Positions 29,572 to 39,733 of a DNA stretch of 64,000 nucleotides are shown here, one piece after another. Source of the stretch: an uncultured Candidatus Saccharibacteria bacterium (GTDB lineage: Bacteria; Patescibacteriota; Doudnabacteria; UBA920); assembly GCA_964648985.1 (NCBI GenBank), contig CAZYMS010000001.1:1215-65214 (forward strand), read 5' to 3'. The notes under the pieces were generated by a model. It saw nothing but the letters and a program-made list of their open reading frames with translations. It did no database searches and was not told the origin of the DNA. The first letter of the stretch is position 1. Every line of letters begins with the position of its first letter. The translations under genes and the position numbers were made by a program.

Positions 29572-31638
29572 ATGAAATTTGACCTTCAAAGCAAATACAA
29601 ACCTGCTGGTGACCAACCCGGGGCAATTGCCGGTATCCTTAAATCTCTGAAGTCGGGAAACAAACATCAAACCCTTTTAGGTGTCACGGGAAGTGGCAAG
29701 ACTTTCTCCATGGCAAATGTGGTACAAGACCTGCAGCGCCCTACACTGGTCATGTGTCACAACAAAACCCTTGCAGCACAGCTGGCAAGTGAGTTTCAAG
29801 AATTTTTTCCAAATAATGCCGTACATTATTTTGTCTCGTATTACGACTACTATCAGCCAGAAGCGTACATTCCGCGATCTGATACATTTGTAGAAAAAGA
29901 AACCCAGATAAACGAAGAAATAGACAGGCTCCGCAATGCTGCAACACAAAGCCTACTGACCCGAAAAGACGTACTAATAGTTGCGTCTGTTTCATGTATT
30001 TATGGACTTGGCAATCCCGCGAACTACATGGAGCTTTCTATGGAGATTAAACGCGGACAACAGCTCAAGCGAGATAAACTATTACGCAGGCTTACCGATT
30101 TACAATTTCACCGCAATGACTTTGATTTGAAGCGCGGCACCTTTAGGGCACAGGGTGACACCCTGGAAATAGTACTCGCAAGCGAGGACACACTCATTCG
30201 CTTAGAATTTTTTGGTGATGAACTAGAAAAAATTGAACGGCGCGACGTACTCACAGGAGAAACGTTAGAAGTGCTGGATAGCATACACATATTTCCTGCA
30301 AAGCACTTTGTGGCAACTGAAGACGCGATACATACAGCTATAGAAAATATTCGGAACGAACTCCTTGAGCAGCTGGCGGTACTGCGCGGGCAAGGAAAAA
30401 TACTTGAAGCAGCACGTCTTGAGCAACGCACAAACTTTGACTTGGAAATGCTCACCAATACTGGTTTTGTGGCGGGCATAGAGAACTATTCAAGGCATAT
30501 GGATGGTAGGCAAGCTGGCGAGCCGCCTTCTACGTTGATTGATTATTTTCCCGATAACTTTTTACTGTTCATAGACGAGTCACACCAAACTATTCCGCAA
30601 GTTGGCGCCATGTATAATGGCGACCGCGCTCGCAAAACCACACTGGTAGATTACGGTTTTCGATTGCCCAGCGCTATGGACAATCGCCCACTGCAATTCG
30701 CTGAGTTTGAAAAAAAGGTGGATCAAGTTGTATATGTATCTGCCACTCCGGGGCCCTACGAGCTGCGCAAAAGTCTGGAGGAGAACAAGACGATCTCCCG
30801 TCCTGGCTCACAACTCAAGTCTCACGGCTCAAGTCTCGACCTAAAGGGTGTTACAGTGGTAGAGCAGATCATTCGCCCAACAGGACTGGTAGACCCGACC
30901 ATAGAAATAAAACCAATTAAGAACCAAGTAGACGACTTGCTTGAGCAGATTCAGACGCGCGTAAAAAAACATGAGCGCGTATTGGTGACCACCCTCACAA
31001 AGCGCATGGCAGAAGAGTTAACTGAGTATCTCAAAGAGGCAAATGTAAAAGTACAGTATATTCACTCCGAAGTAGATACAATGGAGCGCATAGAAACACT
31101 GCGCGATTTGCGCTTAGGAGTATACGATGTACTAGTTGGTATAAACCTTTTACGTGAGGGATTGGACTTACCGGAAGTTTCCCTGGTGGCAATACTCGAC
31201 GCAGACAAAGAAGGATTTCTTCGAAGTGAAACTGCCTTCATGCAAATAATTGGTCGCGCTGCCCGCCACTTACACGGCCACGTTATTATGTATGCAGACC
31301 GCATGACCGGCTCCATGGATCGCGCCATAAAGGAAACAACCAGACGCCGCGCTCTGCAACAGAAATACAACGAAGATCACGGTATAACACCGAAAGGCAT
31401 ACAAAAAGCCATAGCAGACACACGCATGGCAGGAAGCAAAGTCCCCGAAACACTTCCCGGCAGCAGCATACAAGAAGTAGACCCGGGCAAGCTTAACAAA
31501 GAGGAACTGAAGTACTATTTGGAAGAACTTGAAAACCAAATGGACCTTGCGGCAAAGAATCTTGAGTTCGAACTCGCTGCAACTCTCCGCGATAAAATAA
31601 CTGCAGCAAAAAAGTTATCAAAATTAAAGAAAAAATAA
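29572..31638 (+). CDS. uvrB: Excinuclease ABC subunit B
   Basis: Walker [10 protein letters not shown], beta-hairpin region, [19 protein letters not shown], and a C-terminal UvrC-interaction coiled coil. Full-length collinearity. Confidence 0.95.
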   Translation: MKFDLQSKYKPAGDQPGAIAGILKSLKSGNKHQTLLGVTGSGKTFSMANVVQDLQRPTLVMCHNKTLAAQLASEFQEFFPNNAVHYFVSYYDYYQPEAYIPRSDTFVEKETQINEEIDRLRNAATQSLLTRKDVLIVASVSCIYGLGNPANYMELSMEIKRGQQLKRDKLLRRLTDLQFHRNDFDLKRGTFRAQGDTLEIVLASEDTLIRLEFFGDELEKIERRDVLTGETLEVLDSIHIFPAKHFVATEDAIHTAIENIRNELLEQLAVLRGQGKILEAARLEQRTNFDLEMLTNTGFVAGIENYSRHMDGRQAGEPPSTLIDYFPDNFLLFIDESHQTIPQVGAMYNGDRARKTTLVDYGFRLPSAMDNRPLQFAEFEKKVDQVVYVSATPGPYELRKSLEENKTISRPGSQLKSHGSSLDLKGVTVVEQIIRPTGLVDPTIEIKPIKNQVDDLLEQIQTRVKKHERVLVTTLTKRMAEELTEYLKEANVKVQYIHSEVDTMERIETLRDLRLGVYDVLVGINLLREGLDLPEVSLVAILDADKEGFLRSETAFMQIIGRAARHLHGHVIMYADRMTGSMDRAIKETTRRRALQQKYNEDHGITPKGIQKAIADTRMAGSKVPETLPGSSIQEVDPGKLNKEELKYYLEELENQMDLAAKNLEFELAATLRDKITAAKKLSKLKKK
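30805..30840 (+). repeat. Imperfect 14-nt (2x7) direct repeat x2.5 in frame in uvrB, encoding an approximately 20-aa insertion
   Basis: ggctcacaactcaagt / ctcacggctcaagt / ctcgac. Encodes ...[12 protein letters not shown]..., lying between the conserved YEL and RPTGL blocks, where E. coli and Bacillus UvrB have only about 12 residues. Confidence 0.7.
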
Positions 31639-31665
31639 CATTATACTCTACATCTTTGAATTCAG

Positions 31666-32853
31666 ATGACATTTAACCTGTCTCGCAACATTACCCTCGC
31701 ATATATCCTCATAATTTCCCGTTTCTCTTGGTTTTGGCTCGGTATATGGGCTTTGTACTATCTCAAATTCACTAATTATACTGGCATTGGGCTTATAGAA
31801 ACAGCAATGATTTTAAGCCTTACCATTCTTGAAATACCAACGGGCGCTGTTGCAGATCTTTTAGGTAAAAAGTGGACACTCTTTTCTTCACTCCTCCTTC
31901 AAGCGGCAGGAGGAATCGTCATGGCAGCAGCGATAAATCTTCCGACTTTACTTATTTCTGTTGTTCTACTTTCTGTCGGCGCAGCACTTTTCTCTGGCAC
32001 ACTCGAAGCGCTCGTATACGACTCACTCAAACAAGATAACCGAGAAAACACCTATGCAAAAATCATTACCAATATAAGCTCACTCCAACTTATAGTACCC
32101 GCACTGTGCGGGGCAATAGGCGGTTTTATGTACGCATACAACGCACGCCTTCCCTACTTGGCAAACGGCATTACGTATTTTTTAGGCGCGCTTCTCTGCA
32201 TATTCATCACCGAGCCGAAGATAGATACAGAAAAGTTTTCCTTTACGGTATTTATGAACCAGCAGAGACATGGGTTTAGGGTGTTGTTTCATACACACGT
32301 TAAACGCATTGTCTTTCTTCTACTTACTGTGGGGGCGATTGCACTTATAACAACAGAAGTACTAGATAACATGCTCAGCATTGAGTTTGGATTCAGGGAA
32401 ACCAAGCTCGGAATTCTGTGGTCCCTTATATATGTAGCTTCAGGGCTTATACTGCAGGTTCCTATACAGAAACTACAAGAAAAGAGTGAAATATTTTTGG
32501 TGCTATTTTTTGGAGCAGTTATTGCGCTTTCTCTGCTTGTGTCTCCTTATGCAGGATTATGGATTGGTGGATTCCTCCTCTTAATCCGTTCTGTAGTGGT
32601 AAGTATGCTGGGTAATACTACTTCGGTTACTATAAATAGATTTACCGAATCACGTTATCGTGCCACAACCTTATCTAGCTTTAACATGGTTAAAAGCGCA
32701 CCGTATTTAATCACCGCACTAGGCATGGGAATAATTGCTGATATATATTCAGCGCGCATACTCGGATTCGGTCTAGGAGTGCTATTGGTTATAGTAATTA
32801 TTATTTGGAAACTTACGGATATAAAATACGCCACTCGCACCATGGCTGACTAG
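31666..32853 (+). CDS. MFS-type transporter
   Basis: About 12 predicted TM helices, with a GKKW-type cytoplasmic loop motif after TM2. Confidence 0.65.
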   Translation: MTFNLSRNITLAYILIISRFSWFWLGIWALYYLKFTNYTGIGLIETAMILSLTILEIPTGAVADLLGKKWTLFSSLLLQAAGGIVMAAAINLPTLLISVVLLSVGAALFSGTLEALVYDSLKQDNRENTYAKIITNISSLQLIVPALCGAIGGFMYAYNARLPYLANGITYFLGALLCIFITEPKIDTEKFSFTVFMNQQRHGFRVLFHTHVKRIVFLLLTVGAIALITTEVLDNMLSIEFGFRETKLGILWSLIYVASGLILQVPIQKLQEKSEIFLVLFFGAVIALSLLVSPYAGLWIGGFLLLIRSVVVSMLGNTTSVTINRFTESRYRATTLSSFNMVKSAPYLITALGMGIIADIYSARILGFGLGVLLVIVIIIWKLTDIKYATRTMAD

Positions 32854-32932
32854 GCGCGCAATTTTAAATACACTTGCGTAATTCTTAAAACCTGCGAAAA
32901 TACTACTAAGTAACAAATTCTACGTAATCCCT

Positions 32933-33469
32933 ATGGACGAAAATCCAACAAACCAAAGTGCACAAACTCCTCCTCATGAACCAGGAGCGCATACCATGTA
33001 CACCGAAGAGCACAAACTACCCCCAAAACTTCCCGCCTATAGCGCCCTTCCCCAAGTAGAAGGCCAACTTGAGGAATACCTCGGACGCCGCACGCCTCAA
33101 CTTCCTGAAAAATGGCGCCAGACTATTGCCAAAATTAGTCCATGGATAACTTTGGTAGTGCTTATTCTCACTATTCCCGCCCTCCTTGCCATACTTGGCT
33201 TTGGAGCAGTGATTATCTCCGCAACAGGCGCGATAGTGCATTACGGAGCATGGGGTTGGTTCCTGTGGATACTCACGCTTGCCTCGCTCGCCTTGGAAAT
33301 AGTAGCGCTACCCGGCCTTTTCAAAAAAAGTAAGCAAGGCTGGAGCTTCATATTTTATGCAGCACTTTTAAGTGGTGCTACTAATATATTGGGAATTAAT
33401 ATAGGCAGCCTCGTGGGGACCCTTGTTTCCTTATACATTATCTTCCAAATCAAAAATCAATATAAATAG
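32933..33469 (+). CDS. Hypothetical membrane protein with Pro-rich N-terminal tail
   Basis: ORF plus four hydrophobic helices. A terminator follows. Confidence 0.4.
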   Translation: MDENPTNQSAQTPPHEPGAHTMYTEEHKLPPKLPAYSALPQVEGQLEEYLGRRTPQLPEKWRQTIAKISPWITLVVLILTIPALLAILGFGAVIISATGAIVHYGAWGWFLWILTLASLALEIVALPGLFKKSKQGWSFIFYAALLSGATNILGINIGSLVGTLVSLYIIFQIKNQYK

Positions 33470-33493
33470 CTCACGTCGTTCATGTTACGTACA

Positions 33494-33518
33494 AATCCTC
33501 CTCTGGGGGATTTTTTTA
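33494..33518 (+). terminator. Intrinsic terminator (stem AATCCTCC/GGGGGATT, T7)
   Basis: Hairpin plus U-run after the 178-aa gene. Confidence 0.55.
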
Positions 33519-33628
33519 TGCGAATAAAATCGACGACATGCCCTCTTTCCGTAAAAAATATAATAAAATTCATTACCGCATATATATGAGTGATATACTA
33601 TATGTATAAGAAAGAATTAATCTAAAAT

Positions 33629-34783
33629 ATGGAAACAAAACATCATTCTGAGGATTTGCACCATGGTGCAACGGATTCTCTAGTCGAAAAAATGAGCCAC
33701 CGAGGATCTTTTGCCGTTCTCTTCGTTGCAGCCTTCTTGGTTGTCGGCTTAGCACTGTACGGCCTTTTCGCGGTAATGAGCAAAAAAGATACTGTCGCAA
33801 TTAATCCGCAGCGGTCAGAAGCGGCGCCCCCGACTCGCCTTGGTGCAAAATTAAACATAACCGTAACCCCTACCCAAGTCGCTCCGGGGGGTAGCTATGT
33901 ACTGCGCGCTTCATACACGGATGGCTTAGAACGGTTGCAGCCATATTTGGGCAAACTAAACTATAATCTACGATTCTGCCCAACGGGTGGCACAGTGTGT
34001 TCAACCAGCACTGGACCATGGGGAGATTACACGTTAACACCTGACCCAACCAACGCCAACGTGGGAATGGTGATTGTAAACCTGCCAAGCAATACTGCAC
34101 AAGGTATATATAACGCTTCGTTCACGCCAATCGGCCTCAGAACGCCTTACGGCGGGTGGCTGTGGAGCGATGAAGTTGCTATTACAGTAGGAGCAACCCC
34201 AGCTCCCGTAACCACTGGCAACCTTATACTCAATGGAGATTTTGAACAACCAAACCTCCCCAACAACGTCGAAGGTTGGGATACAATCGCGCATGGTACG
34301 CCAGGTCTTGCGTGGCGCGTAAACTGGACAAACCCAGCACAACACACTCTTATATGCACGGGACCACGCCTCGAGATACAAGCAGGGGTTAACGGCTGGG
34401 CCGCATCAAGTGGTGAACGATACGCTGAACTTGATGCTGACTGTGGTACGGGCGCAGATCGAGGTATAGTAACTGACGCACTCGTGGATATAAGCCAGAC
34501 CATTGCCACTCAAGTGGGGGGCGTGTATAAAGTATCATTTGCTTTTGCCGCACGCCCAAACACAAATCAATCCGATAATATTTTATCCGTATACTTTGGG
34601 GGACAGCGTATTGCTCAAATAAACAACGACGGGGGCAACTTCAATAACCCTGAATGGCATAATTATTCATATTACGTAACCGCAACTTCGTCCCAGACAG
34701 AAGTACGCTTTTCAGGACGCGATTCCAACGGCGATTCTTATGGCATATTCGTTGACGGCATAGACGTACGACGCATACAGTAA
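33629..34783 (+). CDS. Type-II-anchored secreted protein, paralog A: His-rich N-tail, TM anchor, Cys-containing domain, C-terminal jelly-roll (CBM4_9/DUF642-like) domain
   Basis: Shares the pattern NGDFE.P.LPNNVEGWDTI..GTPGL.W...W.NP..HT..C...LEIQAGVNGW...G.R.AELD.DCGTGAD.GI..DALVDISQ...YKVSFAF.ARP...DN.LSVYFGGQRIA with the downstream gene. Confidence 0.6.
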   Translation: METKHHSEDLHHGATDSLVEKMSHRGSFAVLFVAAFLVVGLALYGLFAVMSKKDTVAINPQRSEAAPPTRLGAKLNITVTPTQVAPGGSYVLRASYTDGLERLQPYLGKLNYNLRFCPTGGTVCSTSTGPWGDYTLTPDPTNANVGMVIVNLPSNTAQGIYNASFTPIGLRTPYGGWLWSDEVAITVGATPAPVTTGNLILNGDFEQPNLPNNVEGWDTIAHGTPGLAWRVNWTNPAQHTLICTGPRLEIQAGVNGWAASSGERYAELDADCGTGADRGIVTDALVDISQTIATQVGGVYKVSFAFAARPNTNQSDNILSVYFGGQRIAQINNDGGNFNNPEWHNYSYYVTATSSQTEVRFSGRDSNGDSYGIFVDGIDVRRIQ

Positions 34784-34794
34784 AGAACGTATAT

Positions 34795-34826
34795 AAAAAG
34801 CCTTGCGGAATTCCGCAAGGCTTTTT
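34795..34826. terminator. Intrinsic terminator (A5, GCCTTGCGG-AATT-CCGCAAGGC, T5)
   Basis: Perfect 9-bp stem. Confidence 0.65.
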
Positions 34827-34902
34827 ATATAGAATTCGGCGGGACACCGCAAGATAAAATATATGATATAATTATTGCAATAAAAAGTAAATACATACAT
34901 GC

Positions 34903-36090
34903 ATGAAAGAAAAACATCACCAATCTGAATACAAGCCCCATGAAGCGGATAGGTTGGCAGTAGAATTAGAAAAAGAAGCAACTGCAATTAGACGGTTTGG
35001 GTACAAAGGTTCATTCGCTGTACTCTTTGTAGCAGCTTTTCTGTTTATTGGTTTGGCCCTCTACGGAATACTCTCTCTGAGCAAAGGCAAGACCGATGTT
35101 AAGTCCCAGCAAGCAGACGCAAGCATGCTGACCACCCTAAACGGGAAGCTCGCCCGCCCAGTAGCCTCTACCAAACAACTTGCAGTAAGCATAACCCCAA
35201 GCCAAACAACACCTGGAGGTAGTTACACACTAACTGCAGCGTACATTAATGAGTACGGGCAAAACACCCCATACAATGGGCTACTTAATTACCAACTCAG
35301 ATTCTGCCCTATCAGTGGAGGGACATGCCAAACCAGCAGCGGTGCATGGGGCGACTACACTCTATCCAACGGAAGTGTAATTGTAAACCTGCCGAGCAAT
35401 ACTGCACAAGGTATATATAACGCCTCCTTTATACCACGCACTCTCGCTGGTTTTACCTGGAGCAATGAAGCAAGTGTGACCGTCGCGAGCGCAAGTGTAG
35501 TGAACCCACCAGCAACTACAGGAAACCTGGTAATAAATGGAGACTTCGAAACCCCTGCACTTCCAAACAATGTTGAGGGGTGGGATACCATCCCAAATGG
35601 CACCCCTGGCCTTGGCTGGAAGCTTGCTTGGGTAAACCCATCTCTACATACTATTACCTGTAACAGGCTTGCATTAGAAATCCAGGCAGGCGTAAACGGT
35701 TGGAATTCAGCAAACGGCAGCCGCCATGCCGAGCTAGACTCTGACTGTGGCACAGGAGCAGATAAAGGCATAATCTACGACGCGCTCGTAGACATAAGCC
35801 AGAACTTAACCACTCAAGCAGGAAAGACATATAAGGTATCATTTGCATTTTCAGCACGGCCCGGCACCGATGCGGGCGACAACAAGTTGTCAGTGTACTT
35901 TGGGGGACAAAGAATTGCCAACCTCTCCGCAGATGGGTATAGTTCTACCAATAACACAGAGTGGCAAACATACACTTACTTCGTTACCGCCACAAGTAGC
36001 CAGTCAGAACTTAAATTCTCTGGTAAAGAGTCTCAAGGCGACTCTCTTGGTATATTCATAGATAATGTAAAAGTGGAACGTGTACAGTAA
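34903..36090 (+). CDS. Type-II-anchored secreted protein, paralog B (tandem duplicate of 33629-34783)
   Basis: Collinear protein similarity. A near-identical nucleotide patch, gtaaacctgcc(a/g)agcaatactgcacaaggtatatataacgc, is present in both genes. Confidence 0.6.
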   Translation: MKEKHHQSEYKPHEADRLAVELEKEATAIRRFGYKGSFAVLFVAAFLFIGLALYGILSLSKGKTDVKSQQADASMLTTLNGKLARPVASTKQLAVSITPSQTTPGGSYTLTAAYINEYGQNTPYNGLLNYQLRFCPISGGTCQTSSGAWGDYTLSNGSVIVNLPSNTAQGIYNASFIPRTLAGFTWSNEASVTVASASVVNPPATTGNLVINGDFETPALPNNVEGWDTIPNGTPGLGWKLAWVNPSLHTITCNRLALEIQAGVNGWNSANGSRHAELDSDCGTGADKGIIYDALVDISQNLTTQAGKTYKVSFAFSARPGTDAGDNKLSVYFGGQRIANLSADGYSSTNNTEWQTYTYFVTATSSQSELKFSGKESQGDSLGIFIDNVKVERVQ

Positions 36091-36097
36091 AGCACTT

Positions 36098-36131
36098 AAA
36101 AAACAAGCCCATATGCGGGCTTGTTTTTTTT
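36098..36131. terminator. Intrinsic terminator (A6, ACAAGCCC-ATATGC-GGGCTTGT, T8)
   Basis: Perfect 8-bp stem plus T8. Confidence 0.65.
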
Positions 36132-36221
36132 GAATATTTTCTGTACAATAGATTCACCGTGTCAAAGGTTTAGTGATTTCTCAATATAATAACTACTATT
36201 TATTTAAGAGCTAATTAGTTC

Positions 36222-36491
36222 ATGCCAAATACGAAATCGGCTGCTAAAGCCATGCGTGGTTCTGCCCGCAAGCGGGTATACAACCTCCGCACCAAAGATA
36301 AATTTAAAGCTGCAGTAAAGACAGTTAAAGACGCTGTTAAAACAAGCAACGCTGACGAGGCCCTTAAAGCTCTCACCGCAGCTTACGCAGCTCTCGACAA
36401 AGCAGCAAAGAAAAAAGTGATTCACAAGAATACTGCGAATCGCAAAAAGAGCCGAATGGCTAAGGCGATTAACAAGCTGAAGAAAGCCTAG
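36222..36491 (+). CDS. rpsT: 30S ribosomal protein S20
   Basis: MPNTKSAAKAMR...IHKNTANRKKSRMAKAINKL matches the S20 N-terminal and C-terminal conserved blocks. 89 aa. Confidence 0.85.
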   Translation: MPNTKSAAKAMRGSARKRVYNLRTKDKFKAAVKTVKDAVKTSNADEALKALTAAYAALDKAAKKKVIHKNTANRKKSRMAKAINKLKKA

Positions 36492-36578
36492 GCAACTATA
36501 TCCCATTCAACCCCCTATGTTAGGGGATGAATAAGAAAAGACCCCCATGCGTGGAGGTCTTTTTAATGCGGGGACACC

Positions 36579-36824
36579 TTATTTTATAATCGATCCATCT
36601 TCCAACCCCACCTCATCCCCATCTGTACCACCATCACTAACATCATCTGGGGTACCAGCTATTTTATCGTTCTCATCAACATCATCAGTAGCACTCGGTG
36701 GTGTGCCGAGATTCGTATTCACGCCAACACGCTCAACATCTTTTGCCGGATACACCACAGCAGGATCACCCGTGTCTATCACTGGGTCTTGTATTTCTTC
36801 TTGGTCAATTACATCGTCTGACAT
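36579..36824 (-). CDS. Small acidic hypothetical protein (81 aa, D/E-rich)
   Basis: ORF only. Preferred over the overlapping Ser-rich plus-strand ORF, whose ATG lies inside a terminator hairpin. Confidence 0.3.
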   Translation of the reverse strand: MSDDVIDQEEIQDPVIDTGDPAVVYPAKDVERVGVNTNLGTPPSATDDVDENDKIAGTPDDVSDGGTDGDEVGLEDGSIIK

Positions 36825-36886
36825 ACTAGGTAGTTATTTTAATAATCGAAAGCATACAAAGTTAGGATCAGAAAAACAGTACGGAA

Positions 36887-37375
36887 TTATTCCTGTGAAT
36901 CTGCAGATGGGCCATATATGGACGGCACCTTACCACCCATAGCTCGGAAATATGTGGAAAGTTGTCCGCGGTGGTGAATAAGGTCGAGCACGAAGCTAAA
37001 CACCATCTTACCTTTAGGCGCTTTCCATTCGTTGGCACCAGCCATGTGCATACGGGCTTCTACATCCCATTCGTCGTCCGACATCTTTTCAGCTATAACG
37101 GCGCTTTCTTTAAAATATTCAGCAAATGATTTTGCAAGCTCCACGGGCGATCCCGCTGCCGGTTTTTCTGTAGCAGCAAAATCTATATCGCCAGTTTCTA
37201 AGATTAGTTTGAGTGTGGCAGCCTCACTCACGAGCACCATAGCAAGCTCTAATGCTGTTTTTGACTTTGGGTCGGGCCGGTAATCTACGTTGGTTTCTGG
37301 TATTGCGTATAAGGCCCGTTCAAAGCGAGGAAGCTCATCTTTAATAGTGTATATATAAAATTCTCGTTCAGTCAT
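36887..37375 (-). CDS. DinB/YfiT-family (DinB_2) metal-dependent protein
   Basis: C-terminal IHHRGQLSTYFRAMGGKVPSIYGPS signature. Start chosen at MTEREF. Confidence 0.65.
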   Translation of the reverse strand: MTEREFYIYTIKDELPRFERALYAIPETNVDYRPDPKSKTALELAMVLVSEAATLKLILETGDIDFAATEKPAAGSPVELAKSFAEYFKESAVIAEKMSDDEWDVEARMHMAGANEWKAPKGKMVFSFVLDLIHHRGQLSTYFRAMGGKVPSIYGPSADSQE

Positions 37376-37471
37376 ATTGTTAAGACAGACGTGAGAAGTG
37401 AGGCGTGAGAAATGAGAGCGGTCTCTGTATTTACTCACGTCTCCAGCCTCATATCTCACTACTGTTTTTAA

Positions 37472-38485
37472 TTATTTCTTATTAATAATATTTACAATTA
37501 ATTTTACCATAACCTCTTTTTGGTCTGGCTTGCTTTCAGCGATTAAAAGCGCCAGGGCTGCGAGTGCGTTATCATTTAATTTGCGCTCGCCTCGTTTATT
37601 ATATAACGCGCGGTTTTCTATTAAGTAGAGAAGAAACAACAAGGACCCGATGCGTTTATTCCCATCTACGAATGGGTGGTCCTTTATAGCAAAGTATAAA
37701 AGATGTGCGGCCTTTTCTTCCAAGCTTTCATAGAGAGGCTTGCCACCCCATGTCTGCTCTATGTTACCGAGCAATCCTTGGAATTTACTACCGGACTCAG
37801 CGCCGAAAATATCACTCGCCTCTCCTTTGGCCATGAGCCGTTTCTTGAACTGCACAATGGACTTACTTACCTTTTCGTAATCGAGCTTATAGACTGACCT
37901 CTTAGTAACATTCTCTATCTCTAACTCATCGTGGTCGTACTTGTTCAGCAGTACCCATGTGGCAGTGTAGTCGGTAATTATGTTGAGGAGTTCTTTTTCG
38001 TAGCCATCGAGCCTATGGGTTTCTACGGCCCCTTGTAAAAGTTTTACCGCTCCTTCAAGCTCTTTCAGTTTTGCCTGCGATTGCTCTTTAAGCCGTTCCT
38101 GGTTTACCAAAAAGCCTTTAAGTAGGTAGTCGCGCAAATGTTGGGTAGCCCAAATACGAAACTGAGTGCCGCGCTTAGATTTCACACGATAGCCAACAGA
38201 AATAACCACGTCTAAATTATAGTAAGTGGTTGGCTTATCTAAGCCAATTTGCAAATTATGCGAATTGGCTTTCTTAAGCGAAGTTCTCGCCTCCTCTAAC
38301 TCCCTTTCCTTATAAATATTACTGATATGCCGAGAAACAACACTAATATCTCTTTGAAACAAAACAGACATTTGCCCCTGCGAAAGCCATACTGTTTCAC
38401 CCTCAAAACTGACCTCTACTGCGGGACCTTGATCATCTTTATAAATAGTAATTTCGCTGGTATTTTGTTCCTTTGTTTCTTTCAT
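37472..38485 (-). CDS. RhuM-family / Fic-domain protein
   Basis: N-terminal RhuM-like block (VEVSFEGETVWLSQGQMSVLFQRDISVVSRHISNIY) and Fic motif HPFVDGNKRIG. Confidence 0.75.
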   Translation of the reverse strand: MKETKEQNTSEITIYKDDQGPAVEVSFEGETVWLSQGQMSVLFQRDISVVSRHISNIYKERELEEARTSLKKANSHNLQIGLDKPTTYYNLDVVISVGYRVKSKRGTQFRIWATQHLRDYLLKGFLVNQERLKEQSQAKLKELEGAVKLLQGAVETHRLDGYEKELLNIITDYTATWVLLNKYDHDELEIENVTKRSVYKLDYEKVSKSIVQFKKRLMAKGEASDIFGAESGSKFQGLLGNIEQTWGGKPLYESLEEKAAHLLYFAIKDHPFVDGNKRIGSLLFLLYLIENRALYNKRGERKLNDNALAALALLIAESKPDQKEVMVKLIVNIINKK

Positions 38486-38489
38486 ATTA

Positions 38490-38525
38490 TTACGTAATTC
38501 TTAATTCGAACTTCGTAATTCTAAC
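38490..38525. repeat. Degenerate heptamer array (GTAATTC/TTAATTC/GAACTTC/GTAATTC/TAACTTG) immediately upstream of the Fic gene
   Basis: Read directly. Related to the TAATTCT arrays at 19609 and 53529. Confidence 0.55.
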
Positions 38526-38678
38526 TTGTTTATTATATAGTATACCTTCGTTTACCCACAGACAACGGCACTTATACACAGACTTATCCCCCTGTCGCTC
38601 ACCACGTCGTTATTGAATGATAATGCCCCACGAGCGACAGGACAAGCCGTTACCACCAACCACCAATAACAACGCTAT

Positions 38679-39347
38679 TTACACCAAATCCACGAAGCGT
38701 AAAAACCGCTCCCCCTTTTCTGACGCACAATACAAACCATTAGTACCCACCTCTACTAGCTCGTGGGATAGTAGCGCACTACAGACAGCTTCCCGCTCAA
38801 GCACAACATCTGTAACCAATTCGTCAAAAACCAATGACCCAAGAAACAACTCTTTGGTGCTGCTTCCCAAATTATATAATTTTAAAAGCGCTTGCTTGGT
38901 ACGCTCTACAAGATATAGGTTTAAATACGCAAATTCATATGTTTCTTTGAGTTCTAGTAGTGCACCGAATGCCACGTCCGCATCTTCTAGTTCTTTATTC
39001 TGTTCATCAATTGTTTCCAAGGCACTATTTACCAGCTGTTCTAGTTCTTCTATTTTTTCTACTTCCAGTTTTTGCAACACCTTTTGTACTTTTGCGTATT
39101 CATCAGTTTTAATAACATCTTTTGACTCATCCTGTTTAGACTGCTCGCTACTTACCTCTACATCTCCCTTGCGAAAACTGATAGATATTTTCCGCACTAA
39201 ATCACTTAATGCTTTTCTGCACATTACAATAAAAACAAGCCCAAGAAAGGCTATCACCCCATACCAAGAGGCTATAATCTGGAGGAGCTGGTTTTGTACC
39301 GCGTATTCCATACGCCATATGGTATACGCACGTATACCTATTGTCAA
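38679..39347 (-). CDS. Hypothetical membrane-anchored coiled-coil protein
   Basis: One TM helix followed by an E/K-rich coiled-coil region. Preferred over the overlapping Ser-rich low-complexity plus-strand ORF. Confidence 0.35.
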   Translation of the reverse strand: MTIGIRAYTIWRMEYAVQNQLLQIIASWYGVIAFLGLVFIVMCRKALSDLVRKISISFRKGDVEVSSEQSKQDESKDVIKTDEYAKVQKVLQKLEVEKIEELEQLVNSALETIDEQNKELEDADVAFGALLELKETYEFAYLNLYLVERTKQALLKLYNLGSSTKELFLGSLVFDELVTDVVLEREAVCSALLSHELVEVGTNGLYCASEKGERFLRFVDLV

Positions 39348-39381
39348 ACCTGCTTATCCACCGAGCGTGGGCAGTATGGAT

Positions 39382-39723
39382 TTATATAATTAAAGGCCGA
39401 AAACCAAACCCGAGTTGTAAAACAAGAGAAACGAGAACTCCTAAAATTGATAATATGTAGGTTGAAAAAATCCAGACTGGCTTTGGTTTAAGCTCAGGAA
39501 ACAGCTTGCGAAGATAGTGGTAGTAAAAAGACTGATACTGTTTATTGCCAAGTTCTGCGTGAGTTAATACGCAACCACCAAATATATAATATTGTAACTG
39601 CAGTAAAAAAACACCACCTACAACATACCAATAACTAAATAATATTGGAGTTGCATACGTAAAGACAATAAATACCAAGTGAAACCAAAATATAAATCCA
39701 AAGTCTTTTTGTGTTTTTAACAT
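39382..39723 (-). CDS. Hypothetical small membrane protein (113 aa)
   Basis: Three to four TM helices. ORF only. Confidence 0.35.
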   Translation of the reverse strand: MLKTQKDFGFIFWFHLVFIVFTYATPILFSYWYVVGGVFLLQLQYYIFGGCVLTHAELGNKQYQSFYYHYLRKLFPELKPKPVWIFSTYILSILGVLVSLVLQLGFGFRPLII

Positions 39724-39733
39724 TTCTTAACTT

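Noticed and set aside
36547-36942. 131-aa Ser/Thr-rich plus-strand ORF after rpsT
   Set aside because: Its ATG sits in the loop of the rpsT terminator hairpin and the protein is pure low-complexity. The opposite-strand acidic ORF and the DinB-like gene are more plausible.
38617-39393. 258-aa Ser-rich plus-strand ORF
   Set aside because: Low-complexity. It fully overlaps a minus-strand ORF that has a TM helix and coiled coil and fits the local gene orientation.
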